A stretch of DNA of 64,000 bases from IMG/VR virus record IMGVR_UViG_3300031784_000006; one strand, 5' to 3'. Positions 20,487-32,400 of this stretch are shown here, in pieces (position 1 is the stretch's first letter; every line of letters begins with the position of its first letter). The notes under the pieces were generated by a model, which saw only the letters and a program-made list of their open reading frames with translations, did not search any database and was not told the origin of the DNA. A program made the position numbers and the translations under genes. Source of the stretch: a virus (taxonomy: Duplodnaviria; Caudoviricetes).

Positions 20487-23400
20487 CTAACTATAGTTAT
20501 TATATTTTAATGGATTAACTCTAATAACACTCGCGGATGTGGTGATTCCATTAATTCCATAAGAATTAAACTGCTTTGGATTTATTCTATTAATATCTGT
20601 CAGTTTACCCCAAGTGTATTCGCCACCATAATATATTGTACTATACGAAGTTAATGAACTAGTGTCAAAATAGTCCCAAGTATAATATGTGGAATCAAAT
20701 GTTATAGTTGAAGAACCTAATCCAATTGTACTCAATCCTACACTAGATGAATCATCTGATTTTACAAAGACTCTCTTAATATATGTTGTTCCAATTCCAA
20801 TAATATTTGAATTTAGTATTTGAATGTTGCTAACTTGATATATTGAATCTATAAATTGAGTTGAAATGCCAATTAAAGAACCATCATTCCTGTAAGATGG
20901 ATAAGAATCTGTGGAAATACTCACAACAGAGTCTTTTATTACAAAATAATCTCCAACTTCAATTTGACTGATTGTTATTGCTATTCCTACAATTGATTGG
21001 TCTCGTAAAGTGGAATCATCTGGGATATACAAATCAAATATTTTATACTTTTGAATACCAACCATAGTTTGTCCATATCCAACAATAGTTCCAAAATCTC
21101 CTTTATATGTGATGTTATCAATAACCTCTGTTACTGGTGATGGTGGTTCAATTAAAACTATTGGAGGTTTTGTGGTCGTATACCCACTACCAACAAAATC
21201 AATATTTACTGAAGAAACAGTTCCTGCGGCAGAAACAATAGTTCTGACTCTTGGTGCAAATTCAGAACCAAAACCTATTGGATTTTGAATTGTGATATCA
21301 GGAACTGCTTGTGGATCATATCCAGAACCACCCTCAGTTATTAATATTGAAGAAACAATACCAACTGGAGAAATAATAGCTGTGGCGGCAGCAGAAATTA
21401 TATTGTCTTGAGATACTATTATAATTTTATTTTGTGGTTCAGAACCAGTTATATATTCTTTTTTGCTATCAAAAAATGTCCTTACAGATTCTACATGTAT
21501 TTCTGTAGATGCTAAACTGACGGTTTGAATTATATTTGTAGTTGGTTGTATTAACGGTTCAATTTGAATTCTATCTTTTGTAACCTCTTTTCCATTGACA
21601 AATATATCCTCCCTCTGCCTATATAACGTCATTGGTCTTAATAAAGACTCATTTTCAGTTATTCCGGGTCCACCATAATTATTTGTTCTTATCGAATCTA
21701 CTGATAATATGTCAGTTACGGTTCTTGAATCTTGAGATAAGAAATTAAAAGTATCATCATTTATTTGAACAGAATCTCCAATCTTTATTTTTTGTATCGG
21801 AGTCACTGGGACAACATCAACACTAGAGGTTCCTTCGTAGAATAGTATGGTACAAATGTCGCCAACTTTAGGGGGCTCACTGAAAGAAATTGAACTTCCT
21901 CCATCAAATGTATAACTATTTCCTGGAACTTGTAAGACATTATTTAAAAATACCAATAGGCATGATTGAATGTCAATAGGAGAACCTAGTTTTGATTTTA
22001 TAGAAACAATAGAATTGTTAACTTTTAGAGAGAAAATTCTTCTGCTACCATTAAATAAATCATCTATAGAATCAAAAAGTTTTAAATCTCCAAAACTCCA
22101 TCCAGAAAAAGTGTCAGAAAGTGTTTTTTCAATTGTGATATTAAATTCTGAAAATTGATTACTTGTGGGTATACCTGTAATGTTATTTGTATCTACAGTT
22201 AAAATTTCTCCTTGACCATATCCATAACCAAAGTTTTTGATTTCAAAATCTATTATACTTGAACCCTGACCTACAACAATATCAATCGTTGCTCCAGTGC
22301 CAAATCCTAGAGATGATGCGTTACTGTAAACTAATGGAATGTTTGAATATGAAATAGGATTATCAAAAATGACAGTAGGTAAGTTTGATGTGGTATATCC
22401 AAATCCCACATTTGTTATCTCTATTGGACCAACAATACTTCCATTACTTATAGTTGCAAATCCAATATGTGTAACTGTAGAAATTCCACTAGAACTGCTT
22501 GCAATTCCAACATTAACAAACCCAATAGATGGATTATTAACTTTTATTGATACTTGGGTTTCTTGTGGTATTTGATATTGTGAGGTGCTGCCAATACCTA
22601 TAGTAACAAAAGAAGAACCTATAGAAACTATATTTGCATTTGTAATATATGTTCCAATCCCTATCTCAAAATTTGATTGATTGCTTAACTTTTCAAGGAT
22701 TTTAAATATGCTATTTTTATTTTCAATATAAATCAATGTACTTCCAATACTAATATTTGAATTAGTAAAGGATTCTATATTGTAATAAGATTTTGCTCTA
22801 TAACCCGAACCAGAATTTCCGATTGATATAGATTGTATAGTTCCTCCCACAGAAATTATAGGTGTTCCTCCTGCAGAAACTAGAGGTTGATAACCAAATC
22901 CTTTGGTTGAGCCTACAGAAACTATTATTCCACCTTTGGGAACATTTGATGAGTTAATATCATAAGTTGAATTGAGTTCTCCATCATTAAATTTAATGGT
23001 AGTTATTCCAGCACTCTCTTCCAACAAATAGTTTCCGACTATTGGATTTGGGAATGTTAATCTTTGTGGAGTTTGGAAAACTTGGTTAATTAATAAAATT
23101 CCATTACTTGTAACAATTCCCGATACATCATTTCCATTGGATTTTAAAATAAAATCAGTTTTAATCCCATTAAATCCACTTGAGATGTCATCCAAAATAT
23201 AGTTAGTAGAATATGCTTCCTCAGATGTTCCTTGGAACCCAGACCTGAGGAATATTCTTCCACCGAAAGAAGAATATGTTGTTATACCAACCCAATCAAC
23301 TTCATTTGGTTTATTGCTAGTAAAAGGTGTTGGGCCAAATGGAGGATCTATAAAATTAATAGTATTATTAACTATATTATAAGAACCAAAAAGTTTAGTT

Positions 23401-26400
23401 GCCAGAGTTCCTTGTGAGTGGGATGAAATGCCCGTACCCATCCAAGCTCTGTTTACTAGAACAGAGTTTGTTTGTCCATATCCAACGGTTTTAATCTTTA
23501 CTATTTCATTATCTATTTTTAGAATGTCCCCTGCAAATATTGAAGATACCCCAGAAAGTCTAATAATATCATCGGATATTAATATCTGTGCAGTAGTACT
23601 TGCAGTAATTGCAGTAGAAACAACCGGAGATTGGATGACATTATCTAAAGTTATTAGAGATTTTGTATTTTGATTTGTAGAAGTCAATTTGTGTGCAGAA
23701 CCAACTCCAACTGATAATATGTTTATTGGATTTGGAACTTCTTTTAATGCATTCTCTGCTGAAGACGCTAATTTAATTGTAGAATCATTAATTTTTATGA
23801 TATAAAGTTCGGTACTTAGTTTATCTGTAGCTCCAACACCAACAAAAGAAGTTTCTGCTATTCCTATGGGACTTGATAATTCTCCTTCGTAGGTATAATT
23901 GACTTTTTCGCCAGTAACAAAAAAGTGATTTGGTATTTTAATTGTATTATCTAATAAATTTACTATATTTGGGTTATCCGCTTCAAACTCTCTTTGGAAT
24001 ATTGGTAGACGATTGTATTCGAGGTTAAATTGTCTTTTTACAGTAGATGATGTCGAATTATATATTGAACTTCCTACATTTAGTGAAGCAGCACCGAGAT
24101 TTATTGGAGAAGAACTTCCTGGGTTCGTAATTCCCAAACCCAAAGTAGTTTCAAAAACTCTTATTTCTAAAGAAGTATTTGCTAATGGAGTTGCACAAAG
24201 TTCAACATTATCTCCAGTAATTTTGCTACTTATTTGACATAAATTTTCATCAGTTATAATTCTTCCATATTCTAGAATATGAGAATCTGTAGTGTTACTT
24301 ACTACAATAACTTCAGACATCTGCTTTCTATTATTATTTCTATCAGAAACGCAAACGATATAATATGATGAATCAAAATCTCTTTTGTCGTAACTAGAAA
24401 CTACTTTTTCTTGAGGCGAAGGGGTGGATGCAATTGAAACTGATGATGATTTAAGTAGATTTGTATTTAATTTTATAGAATCAGTACTAGTAACAGAATC
24501 CGACAATGAAAATACCAAAGCATTTGTGATATACTCGGAATTTAAATCATTATTTGGCGTAAATGATAATATTAAAGTAGAACCAGAATATGAAATTCCA
24601 TAAGTTCCTAATCCAACAGAAGACTCTGCTTCTGCACTATTATTAAATTGACCATATTCTAAGAATTCAAATTGATTGCCATTGTTTATTAAACTTATTT
24701 CATTGTATTCGTAGTAATTATCAGTCTTTGATGAGATTTGCAGCAGAATTTTTGCAAAAGAATATGAGGTTGAAATAGATACTATTTCAGTTTCTCCAAT
24801 TGTAGTTGGTAAAATAGTCGATTCTACCGATTCAATCTTAACAGAATCTCCAAAAGAAAGTGTTGAGATGCCTAATGACGAATCAATTAGATCGTAAGAA
24901 ACAAAGTTTATATTAAAATCATTCGTTTGATATTGATTTGGGTAAAATAGTAGATTCGCCTCGTCACCTATAAAAGAGATATCAAAAGAACCCAAGTCAC
25001 TCACCGTTGCAACTTTTGCATATTGATTTAACAGTGCAAAATTATCATCATGCAAAATTGTTACCAATGAAGTTTGCTTTTCTCCAGAAAATCTCCTATC
25101 ATATGCATTAACAATATATTTTTTACTTCTATTTGAGTTCCTTTTAAAAGTATTTGTTACAGAGAAGACAGTACTTCTTTCTTCACTATTGAATTGATCG
25201 CTAATATTATCAACCGCCAATACTCTATTATTAACTGATTGAAGATAATTTGAAGCTTCAACATTTTTCAATATCAATTCACTCGATAGAACTTGTGAAT
25301 TTATTTTTATAGTTTTTTCCTTAGCAAAATCAAAGTCATTAACAGTTTCAAAATCTATTGTTTCACTATAATCAGAAATACCTACAAAGTCTCCAAAATC
25401 TTGTTCTGTAGAAATCCCAGAAAAAGAATCTGTTGAAGATTCTACTATCAAATCTCCAAATTTTTTAAATCCTAAAGTGTGATTTTGACTAGTTACTACG
25501 TCATCCCATTGGTTATAGTCAATTTTTGTTTTAATTGAATATGAGAAAAATTGATAATAGTCACTATCATGTATTTTTTGATAATTATTATTTAAGAATC
25601 CAGTTTCATTTTTAGAACCTTCTTTTACTATTGATGATGCTCCTATAGTGTAGTCGCCAACATAATTGTCTACTGATTTAATAATTCCATGCGTATTTGA
25701 TGAAGATCCTTTTATAATATCCCCAACTTTAAAATTTCCATTCCCATAAACTTTTAAAATTTTAGAACTAAAATTCCAATCAAAAATAGTAGCCTTTACA
25801 CTATCCGATGTTATTTCTTCATTAGTGAAGAAATTATTATATAGTAAATCCATATTAAAGGTTGGGAAAAACTTTTTAGGAACGATATTTCCATAAGAAG
25901 TCGATGCATCAAAAATTCCGGGCAATTCATTTGAAGATAACTTATCTGCCAAATTGTAAGTTACCGTCGAAGTTCCTCCTAGATTTGGATTAACTGAAGT
26001 CAACTTAAATAATGAATAGTTATATGCCGACGAATTATAGCCCTTTAATGTCGATGCGGTTCCTACATTAGTACCTTCTATTAAAACTTCATCGCCAACT
26101 TCAAATGGATAATCTGATAAACTAGTATAAGTTGTTGCCAAAGAAACGGTGACATCCTTAGTAGTCTCGTTAAATGTTATTGAATTAATCCCTATTCCAT
26201 TTGAATTATTAATTGGCAATATTATTGGGTAACTATCGCTTAATTTTGCAGTATCTCTAACTACGGTGATACTCTTATCTTCTAAATTATATCTCAAATC
26301 TACATCATCTATTACTTCACCTCTAACAGAATCTATTACTATTAAGTCTGGAGACTTTGTATAATTCTTTCCAAAAGAAGATATGCCTATAAAATTAAAC

Positions 26401-29400
26401 GAAAGTAAAGTATCTACTTTTAAAACTTGAGGTAGTTTTACAGTGGGTCTTATTGTTTTATCCGCAGAATAATCAAAACCAACATCTTCAATTTCAGAAA
26501 CAACTATTTTTCCAATATTATCCGAATATGGACTTATAATTGCCTGCTTACCCTCTGATGATGAAATTGAAACTATTTTTGGCAGACTTTTATACTGACT
26601 TCCTCTGGACAATGCTCTAAAAGAATCTATTGGACCTTTTGCTGTAAAAGAATTAGTTACATATGATAATACTGCTTCTGAAGATAGATAGGACGAAACT
26701 TCTGGTCTTTTTGCTATATTGAATGAGAAAGTGGTAGAAGTTATTCCTGAAATAATATTATTTCCAGAAAAACCGCTTTCTTCAACTGAAATATGATTAT
26801 TTGATAATATATTTACCGAATCTGCTATAATTTTTATATTATTTTCAATGTTCGTATTCGATGATACTGGTTTTAGTGTATAATATAATGATTTTGGAAT
26901 GTTGTCAGAAACATATAAAGTGACTTTTGCATCTGTGGATATTCCAATTCTTCCACTTTTTTTAATTTCAAATGAATTTGTAAATTTTGAGGTATTGAAA
27001 ATATTTTTAAAATCAGAATCTGTATAGAAATCAAAGTCAAATGAAGATGAGGGGATTGAATTGATTAAATGGCTTAAAGAACTGTCAGAAAGATCGAATT
27101 CAACTACTTGATTTCTAAATACGGAAATTTTGGGATTTACTGCCGACAAAACACCAAAACTTTGACTCGTTAAGTCTATACAAATAGGTTCCGATAGTTT
27201 GGAATCGTAAAACGTTTTTGATAATTTGATATTATTACCATCAATAACAACCGCATAATATATTTCATTATCCACCAAACCACCAACAGGTGCATTTGAA
27301 GTGTAAATAAGTTTCTGGCCGTTTTCGTATCCATGGGATAGAATTGTAATCGTATCTGTTGCTATATCTACATCAGAAGACAAAAATTCCTTAGGATTTG
27401 CAACTAATCTCTTATTGTAAGAATTATATTTTATAATATGAGTTACTGTATTTTTGGAAAGACATGTTAGCGAAATACTATTATTAGTTTCTAGCCCATG
27501 AGTGGATGAAGTTGATACTGTTACTAAATTTTTTTCAATCTTACCCAAAATAATATCATTATAATTTGTTTTAAAACTATGTAATACTCCGGTTCCAATT
27601 CCAGTAAAATATAAAGTACTTGTTGTAACTTCACTGTTTATTCCTACAAAATTTCCATTAGAACCAATACCAATAGGATTAGTTGCAATACCTATTAAAT
27701 TATCATTCACTACGGCTGCATATACTACTTGATTATTTTCTAATTGAAATGAAGATGTACCATCTGTTGAAATTGAAATAGATGTATCACCACCATTAGA
27801 ATATATTAGAGAATCTCCTGTATATAAATTGTGGTCTGGGAGAAAAATTGTTTTTGTTGGAATAAAGAGTGATGTTCTTCCTGTTCCCGGATTACTAAAA
27901 GATAATGTATAACCTATACCAACTCCGGCAACTGTCCCCAATCCTATGGAATCATTGGGGTTAAAATAAATTTGTCTGTTATATGATGGACTGTATATGG
28001 AAGATATTATTCCAACTCGGAATTCGAATTTTCTAGATTCTTGCTTGATAAGAGAAGATATTGTATGAGCAGAACCAACAGAATTGTCATATTCCCTAAG
28101 AACTCTTATTCTAGTTAATTCTGGTTCTATATTCAATACCTTTACTTTTTCGGAACCAATTCCTAAAATATCATTTTCTCTTAGATATGGGTAGAATATA
28201 GCTCCACCAACATCAAAATAAGTTACTATTCCGGTAGAAGATGGAGTATCAACTGAAGAAATAAGAGTTAGAATATCAGTTCTCACTCCTACTCGATATG
28301 AACCATTTAAAAAACTACCGAAAGTGTTTATACCCGTAACGTTAATTATGTCAAAATCGGAAAGACCATGTGGATTTTCAGAAAATCCTACAATCAAACC
28401 TCTCTCTATAAAATTGCTGGGAATAAATTCTACATTTGTAATTGAAGTTGTACTGGAAGAAACTTGATTAATTTCTTTTCCTTTTAATAATGAAACTTCA
28501 TAAGATGCCCCTTGCCCACCTCCAGTTAGTGTGTTATCAAAGATTATTCTATCACCTACTCTATAGTCAATTCCTGAAGAGTTAATTCCAATAAAATCTA
28601 TCTCTCCCCTCTTTATTCTTTTTACTGAAGAATTTTGGGGTTTTATTTTATTACTATCTAATATGAAATCGTATCTACTGCGAGAACTTTTCAACTTATA
28701 TGGGTAAGTATTTCTTAAATATTTCCCAGTATTTAAATCAAAAGTATCTTGATTTATTTTTTTGGAGAAATTATCTTCTATTGGTAATGATTTGAACTCA
28801 TTTCCAATAAAATATGGGAAAATTGGTTTTCTATAATTTCGTAAATTGTCAAAAAATTCAATAGAAGAATCATTTATAGTTGAAAAATATGCATAAACTC
28901 CATTAGGATATTCTGGAGTAATACAGAATCTACCATTGAATTGATCCAAATCTCCTGAGTTTGTATACTCATAATCTTCGCAGAAAAATCCAAGCGGATA
29001 ATCTGATTTATTGGGTCTATTAGATTTTTCTATCAGTGAATATCCAGATTTTAATAACTTTATTGGACCACCCTCATTCGAAGAGTAACCATATGGGCCA
29101 TAAATTGGATTTCCATCATAAGCCCATCCTATTATTGGAGAGTGTATATTTGATAATATTTCTTGTCCAGAATTTAATATTAGGTCTGGGATAAAGGATT
29201 CTACCGAGTTTATATTACTTCCTCTTCCAACAATTCTTCTCAAACTCCTTGGCGGATATGTGTGAGTATACTGCAATCCATTATCCGAATCAATAATAAT
29301 ACCGTCATCATCTGAGATAGAATTTAAAGTAATATCTCTTTCTACTAAATTTATTTTCCAAGTTTTGGTAACAGATTGTAGGTTACATCCAGAACCAGAT

Positions 29401-32400
29401 GGAATAACATTTATTGTTATTGAAGTCGAAAATCCTGTTCCTCCATCAATAACTTTTACTTCCTTAATTTGGCCATCAGAAACAATAGGGGTTAATATTG
29501 CTCCAGATCCTTTTCCATCACTTACAATTTCCAATGAAGGTGGAGAATTGTATTCTGTGCCTCCGTTAAAAACTAGAACCTGGCTAATTTTACCAGAAGA
29601 AACAATAGGGAATAACTGTGCATTTTTTCCAGTTTTTAAAGTAAAATTGGGTTGCCTATTAAAGTTTATAATATCTTCTGAACCATAATTAAATCCTCCA
29701 GTTTCTATGAATACTGACTTAATTTCTCCTTTAAAAATTGGTTGTAAAGTGGCATCTAATTTGTGCGAAGTTAATGTCGATACTCCAATAACTCCAGTTA
29801 TGTTTACTGTAATTGGTTCATAATTAAAAGTATGTTTTCCAGACCCAGTTGTTTTGAAATTTTCATACTGATTAGTAGCAAAATAAAAGTCATTATTTGT
29901 AGATAATCCAACTACAGCTGATCCTATACCTATAGTTGAAGAAGTTCCAACTCTAGATAACTTAAAAGAATTTTCATCTACTTCTGTAACGTAATATGAT
30001 TTTCCTGAGGAAAGACCTACTATCTCTTGTTCTGTTGCGTTATATACTACAATCTCCCCAGTTTTATATCCATGCTCTGGTGCATAAACCGTGTTGGAAC
30101 TAGTAATAATACCTGTTGGGAATACAGAAATTTTTCTATTCTTATATCCAGTTCCTTTATCAATAACTTTTACCAGACCTATTTTTTTCTTGAAGATTGC
30201 TGAAGAGAATTCATGAATACCTACTCCATAAGAAGTTAAAGTAACCGTATTAATCCCCGCAAAAGCATCATCTGAGGTGGTATGTAACTTTATTGTACTG
30301 TCATCTAAGATAGAAGCATAATATGTTGATTCTGTAGTTAGTCCACCTATTGCCTGTTGATTTTTTGTTTTATAAACAATCGCTTCAGAATCTTGGAAAT
30401 TGTGGAATGTTGAAAATCCTATGGTATTATTAGTTAAGTTGACTAAACCTGAAAAATCGGTAGAATCAAAAGGTATTTTATATTCGTAAGAAATTAATTC
30501 AGATTCTACTTTTGCTCCACTTCCTCCGCCACCAGATATTGTTATTGTTGGTGGTTGTAAATAATTAAATCCACCATTAATAATCTGAATACTATCTAAA
30601 TCCCCCTCAATACCACAATAACCATTAGCACCCACTCCAACCGAATCCTCAATGGACAGAACTGGTGGAGAAATAATATCGTAATCATTTTCTGATGACA
30701 ATACGTTTATTTTTTCTATAGGTCCATAAAAAATATTATTTTTTGATTTGTAATTTAAAATTTCAACACCATTTATCAGTATTCCTGTAGTTCCTGGTTT
30801 AGTTTCATATTTTTCTACAGTATCTTGTGGTTCTTTAATAGTTTTTAATAACTTCTGAGATTGTAAATCTTTATTATAAAACTCAGAATCTATAATTACA
30901 TTATCTATCGCTGTACCAGAAACTTTTATATAACTATTTTTATATAAATTTTCTCTACTTCTCGCTAATTTTATTTTTGTAGAACTAATCTTTCTTACAA
31001 AATAAATTCTTTCTTCCAGTTCTTTATTAAAGTCTGCATCAAATAAATTATTTTCGATAAGCTCTGAATTTGGGACATATATAACAGAATTTCCTGTTAA
31101 AAAATAATGTGTTCCTATTTCCAATTCTTCTTGTTGTTTGTAACTTCCACTGAAAACATTTTTTCCATTAGTTGTTTCTAAATCCAAATCAAAGTAATTT
31201 GGAAGAGATGATGCAGATATTAAATATGTACCTTTTCTGTCTCCATAAACATTTTGAACATCTGAAGTGTAAATTTTAGAATTTGGAAAATTTTTAAATT
31301 TACTTTTAGATAAAATCTTTTCGACACTGTATACTCTAGAAGCATCTATTTGCCCCTGACCACTCACGTTAAATGATTTTGAATTTATAATCGATATAAC
31401 TGAAGAATTTATAGAAGGACCATTCGTTAAATGTATGACAATTTTATCCCCTATTCTTAAAAAATTATCTTCAAAAGTCTTAAATGTATAAGAAAATGAA
31501 GAAATATCAACTAAAGATACTGATTCCACATCATAATTTATTGGAATATTAAAAAACCAATTATTTGCAGCAAATTGGGTTTCATCTTCACCGAGAGTAT
31601 CTATTTTTATAATGTCATTTTCGGAAAAAAGTTTTGTGTTTGAGTTAATATTTAAATCAGATAAAACACCAGTTACTCTAAATTTTACGATATTACTCGT
31701 CCCAACACCTGCATAGGAATATGCATAAGAATCTATTCTTATATCCTGTTTTGGTGGAATAGTTTGCGAAATTCCACTACATTCATAGAATTGAGTAAGA
31801 GATTTTGATTTATAAGTGATAACTAGAGAACTACCATTTTTTAATTTTGCAACTAAAGTTCCTTGATCAGGAAATCCTATAGTGGAATCGACATCTATTA
31901 CGCTTGAACCTATAGATACTTGGGAGGTTACTTTTGTTATTGGGTGTATTGAAAATTCTCCTTGTTCAGATGTTTCTGAATCTGGAGTATAGTCTAAACT
32001 AATAGAATAGTATTCTTTTTCACCACGAAGAATTTTTTCAATATTGTTTATTGAACCAAATGCTTTTTGGGATGTTTGAGTTTCATCTTGATATATTGTT
32101 CTATTTAAAACATCATTGACAAATTCCTCATTTTCTAATACCTCAACAACTAATCTTTTTACAACTCTATAATCAGAGTTTGATGGTATAAAAAGATAGT
32201 CTCTTGGCTTAATTACTTTTATTTCGTCGCCATAAAGTGCTTTAAATAAAATTTTAAAAGACTGGTCTGTTCCTTTCGATGAATAGAAATCTTTGGCTTG
32301 TTTAATGAAAAGATTTTCATTTAAACCCGAATATAAAGTTCTATTTTCAAATCCTGGTGTGAATTGAGATTTTACCTTATTAAAAAATTCACCCAAAAGT